Of a DNA stretch of 64,000 bases, positions 7,216 to 16,882 are shown one piece after another. The stretch spans positions 740 through 64,739 of the forward strand of contig CAZHUM010000002.1 of assembly GCA_964535805.1 (NCBI GenBank), read 5' to 3'. Numbering within the stretch: the stretch's first letter is position 1; the number at the start of each line of letters is the position of its first letter. This DNA comes from an uncultured Thermoplasmata archaeon (GTDB lineage: Archaea > Thermoplasmatota > Thermoplasmata > Halarchaeoplasmatales > Halarchaeoplasmataceae). Both the position numbers and the translations under genes were made by a program. The notes beneath the pieces were generated by a model that saw nothing but the letters and a program-made list of their open reading frames with translations, had not been told where the DNA came from and searched no databases.

Positions 7216-7725
7216 TTACAGCACTTCGACTTCTTTGATCTTTATGTCCTTGGCGGGCACGTCGGCATGTCCTCTCTCCTTCAAGGTGTCCACGTCACCT
7301 ATCTTCTCCACAACGTCCATACCATCCACAACTTTGCCGAATACACAGTAGCCCCAACCGTCTCCGGTTCTGTCCCAGTCCAGTCCATCGTTATCCTTCA
7401 GGTTGATGTAGAACTGTGACGTTGCCGAATGCGGTTTACCCGTTCTAGCCATGGCTACGGTTCCCTCCTTGTTCCTGTGACCGCTTTTTTCCGCCTCGTT
7501 CTTTACCGGTCCGTAGGTGGTGTCTTTCTGGATCATACCCGGTTTGAATCCACCGCCCTGCACCACGAAGTTCGGGATGACTCTGTGGAATATCGATCCT
7601 TTAAAGAACCCGTCTTCTGCATACTTAAGAAAGTTTTTCACGGTCTCTGGTGCGTCGTCATCGAAAAGCTCTATCACCAACTCTCCTTCCGTCGTTTTCA
7701 TCTTTACCTTGGTGTTATCTGACAT
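7216..7725 (-). CDS. ppiB: peptidyl-prolyl cis-trans isomerase, cyclophilin type
   Basis: LVIELFDDDAPETVKNF, FHRVIPNFVVQGGG and GTVAMAR..PHSATSQFYIN are canonical cyclophilin motifs. They closely resemble E. coli PpiB. Confidence 0.9.
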   Translation of the reverse strand: MSDNTKVKMKTTEGELVIELFDDDAPETVKNFLKYAEDGFFKGSIFHRVIPNFVVQGGGFKPGMIQKDTTYGPVKNEAEKSGHRNKEGTVAMARTGKPHSATSQFYINLKDNDGLDWDRTGDGWGYCVFGKVVDGMDVVEKIGDVDTLKERGHADVPAKDIKIKEVEVL

Positions 7726-7847
7726 GTTATCTGAGCAGGTGATTATCGAAGACACTTATTAACCTATTCTATGGAAAGGTTATGGATCAAGCTAGAAACA
7801 TATGTGGAAAATTTTTATAATGACAAGACGCTGTAGAACTGATACCC

Positions 7848-8171
7848 ATGAAATTCATATCCATGCTGATAGCACTCACTCCGGATGCGGACAAAGAAAA
7901 GCACCACGCGAAGATAGAAACGGACATGTACGAACTGCACGTCAATCTAGTAAAGAACCAACAAGAAGCGCTGAAAGTGGCAAAAGACAAAGCAGAGACC
8001 GATGGTGTGCAGTCCATCATGCTGTGCCCTGGTTTCACCCATGAACAGGTAGCAGAAATATTCAACGCATTAGACAATGTGTCCGTCACGGTGGCAAGGG
8101 GCGACGGACCCAGCGGTCAGATAGCTAAGGATGCCATGGAAAAGGCGGGATGGACCTCAACAAACGAATAA
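7848..8171 (+). CDS. hypothetical small protein (107 aa)
   Basis: ORF with a TATA-like tttttataa about 25 nt upstream. No motif recognised. Confidence 0.45.
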   Translation: MKFISMLIALTPDADKEKHHAKIETDMYELHVNLVKNQQEALKVAKDKAETDGVQSIMLCPGFTHEQVAEIFNALDNVSVTVARGDGPSGQIAKDAMEKAGWTSTNE

Positions 8172-8271
8172 ATTTAACATAATCTAAGAAACAAGCAGCC
8201 CGGAAATTCCATCATCTAATTCATCTTTAGCTTCCATTAACTGTTCCCTCTGGCAGGTGTAGTACTCTTTT

Positions 8272-8688
8272 TTATCTCCTGTTTTTATCATCAAAGTATT
8301 GTCTAGCATCTTCGCCGTCGTCGTAATATCTGATGATCTTTTTACGTGGCTTGAATCCCAGTTCTTTGTAGAACTGGTAGGCACCCTTGTTGCTGACTCG
8401 GACGGTAAGACTCAATCTTTTGGCGCTGATCCTTTCAGATAATGCTTCCACAAGAGCGTAGCCGATACCCTTTCGTCGGTGCCTTGGATCTACTGCTATG
8501 GAAACTATCACACCGCTTCTGGTACCCATGGCATAGCCCACTAATTCGTCATCATTCATTGCCACCAAGAAGAGCGGGCTTCCCATGTATGACGGAAATA
8601 TCTTTCTTCCGTAGGGTTCTTTGAAGGACCTGTTTTCGATATCGAGTATGCCATCGAGATGTTCCTTCTTACATTCTTTTATATTCAT
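8272..8688 (-). CDS. rimI: GNAT N-acetyltransferase, RimI-like
   Basis: GNAT motif A is VDPRHRRKGIGYALVEA. Size and layout are typical of ribosomal-protein alanine acetyltransferase. Confidence 0.75.
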   Translation of the reverse strand: MNIKECKKEHLDGILDIENRSFKEPYGRKIFPSYMGSPLFLVAMNDDELVGYAMGTRSGVIVSIAVDPRHRRKGIGYALVEALSERISAKRLSLTVRVSNKGAYQFYKELGFKPRKKIIRYYDDGEDARQYFDDKNRR

Positions 8689-8704
8689 GGTATTATCGCC
8701 TTTA

Positions 8705-9382
8705 TCAATAGTTTCCCATACCAACTTTCATGGATCCCTGGGTTTCTATCCAACCTTGGCTATCCGTTATCTCGATATATGCTCGATCCGTATATTCATT
8801 TCCGTTCCAGCCGAAAACCCACCATGTATTTTCACCACATAGTTCTACTGAGATATGGATTTCATCGGTATAATTTTCGTCGAACTCAGCATACAATATT
8901 CCCGTGTAACTATAGCATTTTAATCTATCTTCCCAGCTTTCGGGATATGGAAAATCGCAATCCTCCTGTTGGATATCAGTTTTTGGATAAAGCATGAGAT
9001 CATTACCCAAAGGCTCCTTTGTATTCACTGTTTCTTCAGAATGTATATCAAAAGCAGCATACTGTTGTGAAGATATGTTTGCTATACTAACCGATAACAT
9101 TGGGCCATATTCCGTTTCGATGTATGATATGTTCCAATTGGCTGGTATATAACCTGTTTCAAGGATGTTTTCGTTGGGCGTTTGTCCGTCCTGGGTTGGA
9201 TAAGGCACGTATAAGATTATCTCGTCTACATCATTATTACCCACATCTACGTCTATTTGATATTGATATCCGCTGGAATAACTTTCGTTCTTAAGATGTC
9301 TAGCGTACAGAAAAAAGCCTGCAACGGCCGCTGCTATCACCACCACGACTATGACTAGAATTGTAATTATCGTGCTTTTCAT
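8705..9382 (-). CDS. membrane-anchored or secreted hypothetical protein
   Basis: The N-terminus is a hydrophobic segment IITILVIVVVVIAAAVAGFFLY. The remainder is an acidic extracellular-looking domain. Confidence 0.5.
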   Translation of the reverse strand: MKSTIITILVIVVVVIAAAVAGFFLYARHLKNESYSSGYQYQIDVDVGNNDVDEIILYVPYPTQDGQTPNENILETGYIPANWNISYIETEYGPMLSVSIANISSQQYAAFDIHSEETVNTKEPLGNDLMLYPKTDIQQEDCDFPYPESWEDRLKCYSYTGILYAEFDENYTDEIHISVELCGENTWWVFGWNGNEYTDRAYIEITDSQGWIETQGSMKVGMGNY

Positions 9383-9506
9383 GTATTGTTACTCCGTCTG
9401 TAGTCATGGGATACGTTACGATAAAAACATTGTGCTCACTTGGGGGCGGATTCACCATTCCAGTGACCACAATACTTATGTATGGTGGGTTATATGATTA
9501 CTATAG

Positions 9507-9743
9507 GTGTCTATATTGAGCGAAGTGACCACTGTTCAAGTCAAGAAAAAAACATTAAAAAAACTACAGATGGAAAAGGAATACCCCAGACAAACGTATG
9601 ATGAGATCATATCAAATATGATCAAGGTCTATGATGATGTCAAGAAAAGTAACCAATACGACGAATTTCTACATAAGATCCAGCAGCCCAAGATGAAAGA
9701 ACTTTGGGACAATCCGGACGACGAGGCTTGGGAAGATGCTTGA
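9507..9743 (+). CDS. putative antitoxin (small DNA-binding protein) of the MazF-like module
   Basis: 78-aa ORF that overlaps the toxin gene by 8 nt. N-terminal TTVQVKKKTLKKL looks like a beta-strand plus helix, as in RHH/AbrB-type antitoxins. Confidence 0.45.
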   Translation: MSILSEVTTVQVKKKTLKKLQMEKEYPRQTYDEIISNMIKVYDDVKKSNQYDEFLHKIQQPKMKELWDNPDDEAWEDA

Positions 9744-10050
9744 ATCAGGGGATGTCGTATTGACAAAGGTACAATTCACAGATACCTTCGAAATAAAGAG
9801 AAGACCTGCTGTCGTTCTTTTCGAAGAGATGAACAATGTGGTGATCGCCGGTATAACAAGTAATTTGAATATGGTTGGGATCCCATTATCCAAAGAAGAT
9901 GGGGCGATTAAGGAGAGTGTTATTAAGTTGAACTACATCTTTACGGTATCCAATCAGATGGTAGAGAGAGTCTTATTTAAATTGAATCAGGACAAAAAGG
10001 AAAAAATCTTTGAAGAGATGAATAAAAAACTACGTTCTCTAAAAGATTAA
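9736..10050 (+). CDS. MazF/PemK-family endoribonuclease toxin
   Basis: GDVVLTKVQFTDTFEIKRRPAVVL...VVIAGITSN follows the PemK/MazF pattern GDIV-x-V-x-FPF-x(5-8)-KxRPALVL...V-x-ITS. Confidence 0.65.
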   Translation: MLESGDVVLTKVQFTDTFEIKRRPAVVLFEEMNNVVIAGITSNLNMVGIPLSKEDGAIKESVIKLNYIFTVSNQMVERVLFKLNQDKKEKIFEEMNKKLRSLKD

Positions 10051-10126
10051 ACTGAATTCACTTCTAAGTTTCGCAACTCCGTTGTAAACTTCTTACTCAT
10101 GAGTAAGTTACTTTAGAGTAAGCAGA

Positions 10127-10564
10127 TCATACCTCGTGCTCGATACGCTCGCCGGTGGTCATATACACCACGCGTTCGGCGATGTTACAGGCGTGGTCGG
10201 CGATGCGCTCCAGATACCGTATCACCAGTACGTACTGGGTACCCAGTGTGATAGCCTTGGAGTCCTCCATCATGTAGGTGAGTGTTTCCCGGAATATCTC
10301 GTCGTAGAGTGCATCGACCATCTCTTCCTTTTCGTATATGATGTCGATGGCCTTTCGGTCCTCTTCAACGAAGGAATCTACCGCACGGTCCACCATATCT
10401 ATGGTCAATTCTGCCATGTGCGGTATGGAAACTAATTTCTTCAGATGTTCTTTATCCAGCATCCTCTTTGCCACCTTAGCGATATCTTCGGAATATCGAC
10501 CTATACGGTCAAGATCGGTTATTATCTTGAGACAGGTACCGATCATACGCAGATCTCTGGCCAC
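10127..10564 (-). CDS. PhoU-domain protein, apparently N-terminally truncated
   Basis: YLERIADHACNIAERVVYM is the PhoU repeat signature. The ORF begins at a GTG with an in-frame stop 30 nt upstream and no ATG. It is about 1.5 PhoU repeats long and overlaps the 3' end of the upstream membrane ORF. Confidence 0.55.
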   Translation of the reverse strand: MARDLRMIGTCLKIITDLDRIGRYSEDIAKVAKRMLDKEHLKKLVSIPHMAELTIDMVDRAVDSFVEEDRKAIDIIYEKEEMVDALYDEIFRETLTYMMEDSKAITLGTQYVLVIRYLERIADHACNIAERVVYMTTGERIEHEV

Positions 10565-11030
10565 CGGCGCTTGTAGAGATTATCAATGCATCTTTAGTAC
10601 TCAACTTTTGTATAAAAATAGATAATATCAAAACTGAAAGGGATATCAAGAAAAAGCCAACAATCATCAATCCATTTTTAATATTATAAATAAAAAATTC
10701 AGGGAATAGAAAATAGTAATCGATGAAAATGCCTAGAAAGGTTATCCAGAAAGTAACAAGGAAAACCCTTTCAAAAAAAGTGTTTGGCTGCTCTTTGAAA
10801 GCTTCCTCTTTAATCTTTCTTGAGATAATACCGAACAACAAAACAACATATAGGATAGTGTTAATAGGAAAATTTAGTAAAAAGATGGTAATCATAGTGT
10901 ATAATAAAAAACCAGGTGTATAGTAAGCGGCAGGATTTCCTAAAGCTAGACCAGATATACTAGTAAGAGAGAATAATACGATCAACAGGCCAAACAAGTA
11001 TACCTTGATCAATTTGTTTAGATCGTTCAT
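10509..11030 (-). CDS. hypothetical polytopic membrane protein
   Basis: Multiple hydrophobic helices. AT-rich. The 3' end overlaps the PhoU ORF by 56 nt. Confidence 0.4.
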   Translation of the reverse strand: MNDLNKLIKVYLFGLLIVLFSLTSISGLALGNPAAYYTPGFLLYTMITIFLLNFPINTILYVVLLFGIISRKIKEEAFKEQPNTFFERVFLVTFWITFLGIFIDYYFLFPEFFIYNIKNGLMIVGFFLISLSVLILSIFIQKLSTKDALIISTSAGGQRSAYDRYLSQDNNRS

Positions 11031-11093
11031 TTTATTCTAATCCCGACATAACTGAATAAGGATACGATTATATTTTCTTTTCTATCTACAGAC

Positions 11094-11243
11094 CATTCAA
11101 CCTTCGATCAGCTCTTTCTGCTGTCTGCTCCACTCTTCATTGGAGGTCTTTTTCAGCCACTCTACATACAGATCGATGAATTTCAACCTCTCTTCGAAAT
11201 TCCTTTTTCTTTCTTCCTTTAACTCATCCAAGTCGATATTCAT
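11094..11243 (-). CDS. 49-aa charged helical peptide, translationally coupled to the NTase gene
   Basis: ATGA start/stop overlap with the upstream NTase gene. Translation is MNIDLDELKEERKRNFEERLKFIDLYVEWLKKTSNEEWSRQQKELIEGG. Below the ORF-track length cut-off. Confidence 0.3.
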
Positions 11244-11806
11244 TTTGACCACCCGAGATAGTACTTCGCATCCTCGATAGAAATTTCTAAGGCATCCAAA
11301 TATTCTAGTAGCTTGCCAGTATTTAGATTTTTCTCGAAAAGTTTGAACAAAAATCTTGCATCTTCTATGTCCTTTTCAGAACCCATGAATAGTTTAAAAG
11401 CTATTTGTTGTTCAAGAGGAGATATGGGCAGGCGTTTTTCATTTAACAGAACGGTTATCGAGTTCTCAAGTGCTTTTCTATCCATACCAGTATGTTGAAA
11501 TTTGAGTTCTATGTTAGGAATGATCTCACCCTTATAGGCAAAACGAACTGCTATCTTATCCATCAAATACCCTTCATATGCATCTTTCACATCTGAAGTG
11601 ATTATACACTCGAATTCACCACTCAAATTATGCCACAAATCTTCAAATTTTTTATAAGATATATTTTCACACACAACGTCGATATCTTCACTCGTTCGAT
11701 TTCTCCCAAATAAGATCGCTACATAGCCAGATAAGAAGATATGAGAAATATTCAACTGGGATAGATTTTCTGAGAAGTAGATTGCCATCTCATCCAACTT
11801 GTTCAA
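11240..11806 (-). CDS. nucleotidyltransferase-fold protein, paralog of the 5621..6238 gene
   Basis: LSGYVAILFGRNRTSEDIDVV aligns with LLGSSAVLYRFGNVRSTKDIDV of the other NTase. It shares a downstream P-x-E-x-IA-K segment with it. Confidence 0.55.
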   Translation of the reverse strand: MNKLDEMAIYFSENLSQLNISHIFLSGYVAILFGRNRTSEDIDVVCENISYKKFEDLWHNLSGEFECIITSDVKDAYEGYLMDKIAVRFAYKGEIIPNIELKFQHTGMDRKALENSITVLLNEKRLPISPLEQQIAFKLFMGSEKDIEDARFLFKLFEKNLNTGKLLEYLDALEISIEDAKYYLGWSK

Positions 11807-11911
11807 TTCCTTTTCCAGAGATATTCTATCGCCGTTGTAATTCAGTTCTATCTCATCGCCTCCACGTAAATGGCTTTTTTCACCATGTTAACATTGATGT
11901 GTAAAATTTCG

Positions 11912-12172
11912 TCATTCCGTATTCAACTTCCTCAGTTCCTCGGGGGTTATCAATCCCTGCGCCAGGAGATCGAAGGTGTCGTCTATGGTGACGATCCTCT
12001 CCACGGTATCGAAATCTATGTCTCCACCGCAGCACTGCTTGTAGACTTCCTTCACCTTCTCGTAATAGTGGATATCTTCATCGGGGTACTCCGGTATATC
12101 CAATTCTCCCATCTCGCACATAGCGACTAACCTTTTGATCTTCCTTTCCTCTTCTTCTTCCACTCTGACCAC
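11912..12172 (-). CDS. hypothetical small protein
   Basis: 86-aa ORF lying 105 nt upstream of the NTase paralog. No motif recognised. Confidence 0.3.
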   Translation of the reverse strand: MVRVEEEEERKIKRLVAMCEMGELDIPEYPDEDIHYYEKVKEVYKQCCGGDIDFDTVERIVTIDDTFDLLAQGLITPEELRKLNTE

Positions 12173-12309
12173 CTTAATACCGAGTGAATATTTTGATGGT
12201 TTTTAAGCTTTTTTACTGAAAATTATGTGAAGGAATGTAGATTGACCAAGGTGCGTCCAGAATATTCCCAAAGAAAAAAACTTTATACGTTACATTCATT
12301 TAATAATTC

Positions 12310-15309
12310 ATGGAGGAAGAAACTCCAGTCTTCTCCCTAAAACCAGAGTTGACCGGAAGAGACGAGGAGATCGAAAGGCTTGACAATCTATTCGATAATA
12401 CCGTCAAGGGGAAAGGCTCCACTGTTTTCATCTCAGGAGAAGCTGGTATCGGTAAGACCAGGCTCGTAGAGGAACTCATAAACACTGCAGAAGCAGAGAA
12501 CGCCAAGATAATCCAGGGATGGTGCCTCGCAGACAGCTTGGAGCCGTTGATGCCCTTCAAAGAAGGGCTGAGAGACGCGGGGCTCTCCCACTTCGTATCT
12601 AAGAATCCGCCACCGAAGGTGATCTCCGCTTACCTGATAGACATCTCCGGTATATTGATAGCAAAAGCGGAGAGAGAGAAAACGGAGCTGGACCCGGACA
12701 TCTTCGCATCCATGCTCACCGCCGTTGAGAACTTCGTAAGCGACTCGCTTTCCATGATGGGTGAGGAACACGGCAGCAAGTTGAACAGCATACGATACGG
12801 GGAGTTCGAGATACTAGTACAGTCTACATCCGAGGTGTCCATCGCTGCGGTCATCGAGGGGACCCACAGTGAATTTTTGATCAACGATATGAGGGACACC
12901 CTGAAGAACGTAAGCTCCGAGTTCAGCTCATGGGAGGGCGACATGAGATGTGTCGATAAGGTCAAACCCAAGGTCGATTGGTTCATCGAATCCAGAAAGT
13001 ACGAAGGGAGGCACTTGGTGGACGACCCGAAGATCAGGCAGGAGAACCTTTTCGACAACGTTCTCCTGGGGCTGAGAAGGATATCTGCCGAGCGTCCGGT
13101 AGTCGTTTTCATAGACGACCTCCAGTGGGCCGACCCGTCCTCGCTAAACATGCTCCACTATCTCTCGAGGAACACAAGAGATAACGGTGTTCTTATACTT
13201 GGAACGTACCGTCCAGAGGATATTCTGGAATTGTCATCAACAATTCCAAATGTCGATGGAATTTGCCAGAAAATTCCAACAGATGTTTCTGAAACGTATG
13301 ATGGAAAAACCCATCCGCTGAAGACGACCATGCAGAATATGAGCAGAGAAGACCTCTTCGAGACAGTGGAGCTGAGCAGGCTCGAGGAATCGACTGTCGA
13401 GGAATTCATGGAGAAAACACTGGGTAAAATAGAATTGAAGAGCGGGTTCGTTAAGGAAGTATACAGAGAGAGCGAGGGCAACCCGTTTTTCCTTCTCGAA
13501 GTAACCAAGATGCTGATAGAAGAAAAACATCTGATAAACGAAGATGGCACGTGGAAGATCAAGGATCCCGAGGAGGGTATCCACATACCGTCCAAAGTGT
13601 ACGACGTAGTGGTAAGACGACTCGAGAGGTTGATCCAAGAGCAGAGAGACCTCTTAGAATGCGCTAGCGTGGTGGGTGAAGAGTTCGAGAGTTCCGTGGT
13701 TGGAGAGGTCACGGGGATGAACAGAGTGAACCTACTGAAGAATCTGAACAAGATCGAGAGGACTCACAACTTGATACATTCCATAGAAAAAAAATACCGG
13801 TTCGACCACTCTAAGATAAGAGAAGTTCTCTACAACGGTATAAACGAGGAGCTGAGGCAGGAATATCATCGTATAATCGCCGATACCTACGTAGAGCTGT
13901 ACCAGGATGATATCGAAACCGTGATCGAGGATGTCGCAAATCACTACGACCTAGCGGAGGACGAAAGGGCGGGAGATTACTTGATACGAGCAGGAAACAA
14001 AACCAAGGACAGCTTCGGCAACGAGGAGGCAGTACTTTGGTACAAGAAATCTTTGAAATATCAACTTGAAAATACAGATCTAGCACAGGTATACAAGAAG
14101 ATGGGTGAGATACATTCTTTGACGGGGGACTACAAGGAATCTATAGAATATCTGGAAAGGGCTATCCCCAATATCGACGAAAGGGAAACCCAGGTTGATC
14201 TTTACTGGGATATAGCAAACGCCTACGAGAGGATGGGGGAGTACGATAGGGCATTGGAAGAATGCGAAAAAGGCTTGGATATTAATAAGGATATAAATAC
14301 CTCCGGTAAATCAAGAATCTTAGGGATGATGGGGTGGATATACATGAGAAGAAACGACTATGACAACGCTGAAGAAGTCCTTTTCCGAGCCCTTGAGGTA
14401 GCAGAGAGTATTGGGGGTGGGGATGAGATCGGGTACGTTTACAGCTTCTTAGGCAATTTCTACGATAACAAAGGTATCTACGACAAAGCACTGGATTATT
14501 ACAAAAAATCTCTTGAGATATTCCAGGAGATAGGGGATGTTATTTACCGATCGAAGGCACTGAACAACATCGGTTTGGTCAACTGGAAGATCGGGAACTT
14601 CGATAAGGCTGAAAAGTGCTACAGCGAGAGTTTGGAGATCAAAGAGAACGTGGGAGACAAGCACGGTATACTGGTCACCTTGGCAAACCTGGGCAGTCTA
14701 CACGAAGATATGGGAGATTACGAGAACGCCCTGGAAGAACACAAGAAATGTCTGGAGATAAGTGAGACCATCGGAGACAGTTTCAGTTCCTGCGTGGCCA
14801 GGTTCAATATCGGTTCCCTCTACAAAGTAAAAGATGAGATGGGGAGAGCTATGGAGTACTTCGAAGAAAGCCTAGCTCTGTGTAAAAAGATTAACAACGA
14901 TTGGATACAGGTCCATAATGAGTGTGAGATCGCCCATATAAAAGCGAATGAGGGTGATTTTGAGAGGGCTTTGGAATTGATCGAAGATGCTCTGAATAGA
15001 ACTAGAGAAATGGGTGCACAAGCCGAGGAGGGGCTTTGTCTTAAGGTCAAAGGTATCATCCATAGAGAGATGGAGGAATATGAGGAGGCAGAAGATGAGT
15101 TAAGAAAAGCTGAAAATATACTAGATGAAGTGGGCGATAAGAAAGAGATGGCTAAGACATATCTGGAATATGGGAGATTGTTCAAAGATAGGGGGGAATT
15201 TGGCAAAGCCCGCGAGAGATTGGAGAAGGCAAAAGAGATGTTCGGAGATATGGGGATGGGGATCTGGGTCGATAAAGCAGATGAGGATATGTCAACTCTA
15301 GATAGTTAA
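12310..15309 (+). CDS. STAND-type NTPase (AAA_16-like) with a roadblock/LC7-like insertion and C-terminal TPR repeats (999 aa)
   Basis: Walker A is GEAGIGKTRL and Walker B is PVVVFIDDLQWAD. About 120 aa between them (ISAYLIDISGILIAKAERE...EILVQSTSEVSIAAVIEG) follows the roadblock/MglB pattern. Residues 560-990 contain many TPR-like repeats (e.g. EEAVLWYKKSLKY, YDRALEECEKGLDI). Confidence 0.7.
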   Translation: MEEETPVFSLKPELTGRDEEIERLDNLFDNTVKGKGSTVFISGEAGIGKTRLVEELINTAEAENAKIIQGWCLADSLEPLMPFKEGLRDAGLSHFVSKNPPPKVISAYLIDISGILIAKAEREKTELDPDIFASMLTAVENFVSDSLSMMGEEHGSKLNSIRYGEFEILVQSTSEVSIAAVIEGTHSEFLINDMRDTLKNVSSEFSSWEGDMRCVDKVKPKVDWFIESRKYEGRHLVDDPKIRQENLFDNVLLGLRRISAERPVVVFIDDLQWADPSSLNMLHYLSRNTRDNGVLILGTYRPEDILELSSTIPNVDGICQKIPTDVSETYDGKTHPLKTTMQNMSREDLFETVELSRLEESTVEEFMEKTLGKIELKSGFVKEVYRESEGNPFFLLEVTKMLIEEKHLINEDGTWKIKDPEEGIHIPSKVYDVVVRRLERLIQEQRDLLECASVVGEEFESSVVGEVTGMNRVNLLKNLNKIERTHNLIHSIEKKYRFDHSKIREVLYNGINEELRQEYHRIIADTYVELYQDDIETVIEDVANHYDLAEDERAGDYLIRAGNKTKDSFGNEEAVLWYKKSLKYQLENTDLAQVYKKMGEIHSLTGDYKESIEYLERAIPNIDERETQVDLYWDIANAYERMGEYDRALEECEKGLDINKDINTSGKSRILGMMGWIYMRRNDYDNAEEVLFRALEVAESIGGGDEIGYVYSFLGNFYDNKGIYDKALDYYKKSLEIFQEIGDVIYRSKALNNIGLVNWKIGNFDKAEKCYSESLEIKENVGDKHGILVTLANLGSLHEDMGDYENALEEHKKCLEISETIGDSFSSCVARFNIGSLYKVKDEMGRAMEYFEESLALCKKINNDWIQVHNECEIAHIKANEGDFERALELIEDALNRTREMGAQAEEGLCLKVKGIIHREMEEYEEAEDELRKAENILDEVGDKKEMAKTYLEYGRLFKDRGEFGKARERLEKAKEMFGDMGMGIWVDKADEDMSTLDS

Positions 15310-15420
15310 AGACGCTTAATTTCCGCCTTCCGGTATACATTCTGGGCACTAGAAGAACCGACCTCACCACACTTTTCGATTTCCAGGCACGATAAATTAA
15401 TAATACAACGATCCAAATCC

Positions 15421-15984
15421 ATGACCATGTCGTGGATAAGAGAAGTCGAGGAATCCGAAGCAGAAGGTAAACTCAAGGATATCTACCAGGAGATCATCAA
15501 ATCCAGGGGTAAATTGTCCAATATAATGAAGGTCCACTCCCTCAACCCTAAGGCGATGAGAGCGCACATGGATTTTTACATGTCGATAATGTTCAAGGCG
15601 AGGAAACTCAAACGGGTGCACTGTGAGATGATCGCGGTGGTCGTCTCCGCCGCCAACGGATGCCGGTACTGTATAAACCATCATTCCGAGGCACTAAACC
15701 ATTACTGGAAAGACGAAGAGAGGATACATAAATTGATAACCGAGCCGGAAAACATAGGTCTCAGCGATAAAGAGATAGCCATGGTCTATTACGGTAGGAA
15801 ACTGACCTCCTCACCCGAACTCGTGACCGAAGAAGATGTAGATACTCTTAGGAAAACCGGCCTTACAGACGAAGAGATACTCAACATAAACCTGATCGTC
15901 AGCTACTTCAACTTCGTAAACCGGGTCGCTTTGGGCCTGGGTGTGGAATCCACCAAGGAAGAAATGGAGGGCTATGATTACTGA
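15421..15984 (+). CDS. carboxymuconolactone decarboxylase / AhpD-like peroxidase family protein
   Basis: CRYCINHH is the Cxx(x)CxxH core of the AhpD/CMD fold. Confidence 0.8.
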   Translation: MTMSWIREVEESEAEGKLKDIYQEIIKSRGKLSNIMKVHSLNPKAMRAHMDFYMSIMFKARKLKRVHCEMIAVVVSAANGCRYCINHHSEALNHYWKDEERIHKLITEPENIGLSDKEIAMVYYGRKLTSSPELVTEEDVDTLRKTGLTDEEILNINLIVSYFNFVNRVALGLGVESTKEEMEGYDY

Positions 15985-16000
15985 AAATGGAGTTTAGAAG

Positions 16001-16858
16001 ATGGTGTCTTTTATCTTAGAGATGGCTGGGAGTTTCGCTGTAGCCGTCGGGGGGTTTCTAGCCTTGATGAAGATCATTGTAAGCATGAGGGCACGAAAAG
16101 AGGTTTGGGACATATTCAAAAAGATGGAGGAAAGGGGCGATTTTCAAAGAAGGGAGGGCACCAAAACGGGCTACGGTATGCCGGATTTAGTAGGTAAAAC
16201 AGCGGGAAGGGAGATTTACGTACACCCAGTAAGATCAATGGGCGGTAAAAAACCCAGACCTTCAAAAACGGTATATGCCGTAGAAAGTAAACTGAACATC
16301 GATGAGGATATAATCATCTTTTCACCTGACACATCAGAGATGGACGAGAAACTACCGATTTTAGACGCCCCCCGTTTAGAAAAGTACGGTTATAACGTAG
16401 CTTCTGAGAGACATAAAAATCAGGGGATTGTGGATAAACTCCTCAATAAAGAAGTTGCCAACAGAGTGAACCGTTTAATAGTTAAGAACGGCGACCGTTT
16501 CAGGGCTGTTATAATCGAATCGGGGTTAGTCATGTTCAGCACCTTTAAAATCGAAAACCGCAGCGAGAAGATGAAAGAAAATATCGACGGCCTGGTCGAA
16601 CTTGTAGAACTGATGGAAGATAATTATACTGATCTAGAAGATGAACAGGACAATGAAAGATTAAAAGTGGTAAGAAAGAAAAGTAACTTCGTTTACGTCG
16701 ATTTAGCACTGATGGGTGCGGTTTCCGCATTGGCCATCTATATAATTTACTATCATATGATCGATCTGTCTTTCTTCTTCGTGAATCTAGGTGTGGTCTT
16801 GTTCATGATAAGCGCTTTAAGAGCTTATTCTATATCTCATACTAGAGGATGGCTTTGA
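16001..16858 (+). CDS. hypothetical membrane protein
   Basis: N-terminal and C-terminal hydrophobic helices flank a charged central region. Confidence 0.45.
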   Translation: MVSFILEMAGSFAVAVGGFLALMKIIVSMRARKEVWDIFKKMEERGDFQRREGTKTGYGMPDLVGKTAGREIYVHPVRSMGGKKPRPSKTVYAVESKLNIDEDIIIFSPDTSEMDEKLPILDAPRLEKYGYNVASERHKNQGIVDKLLNKEVANRVNRLIVKNGDRFRAVIIESGLVMFSTFKIENRSEKMKENIDGLVELVELMEDNYTDLEDEQDNERLKVVRKKSNFVYVDLALMGAVSALAIYIIYYHMIDLSFFFVNLGVVLFMISALRAYSISHTRGWL

Positions 16859-16882
16859 ATCCATATCATCTTGGATTGACGT

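Noticed and set aside
7150-7419. ORF beginning MYLEGCMH downstream of the cassette
   Set aside because: It starts inside repeat copy 2. It is antisense to ppiB for most of its length and is an artefact of the duplicated regulator 3' end.
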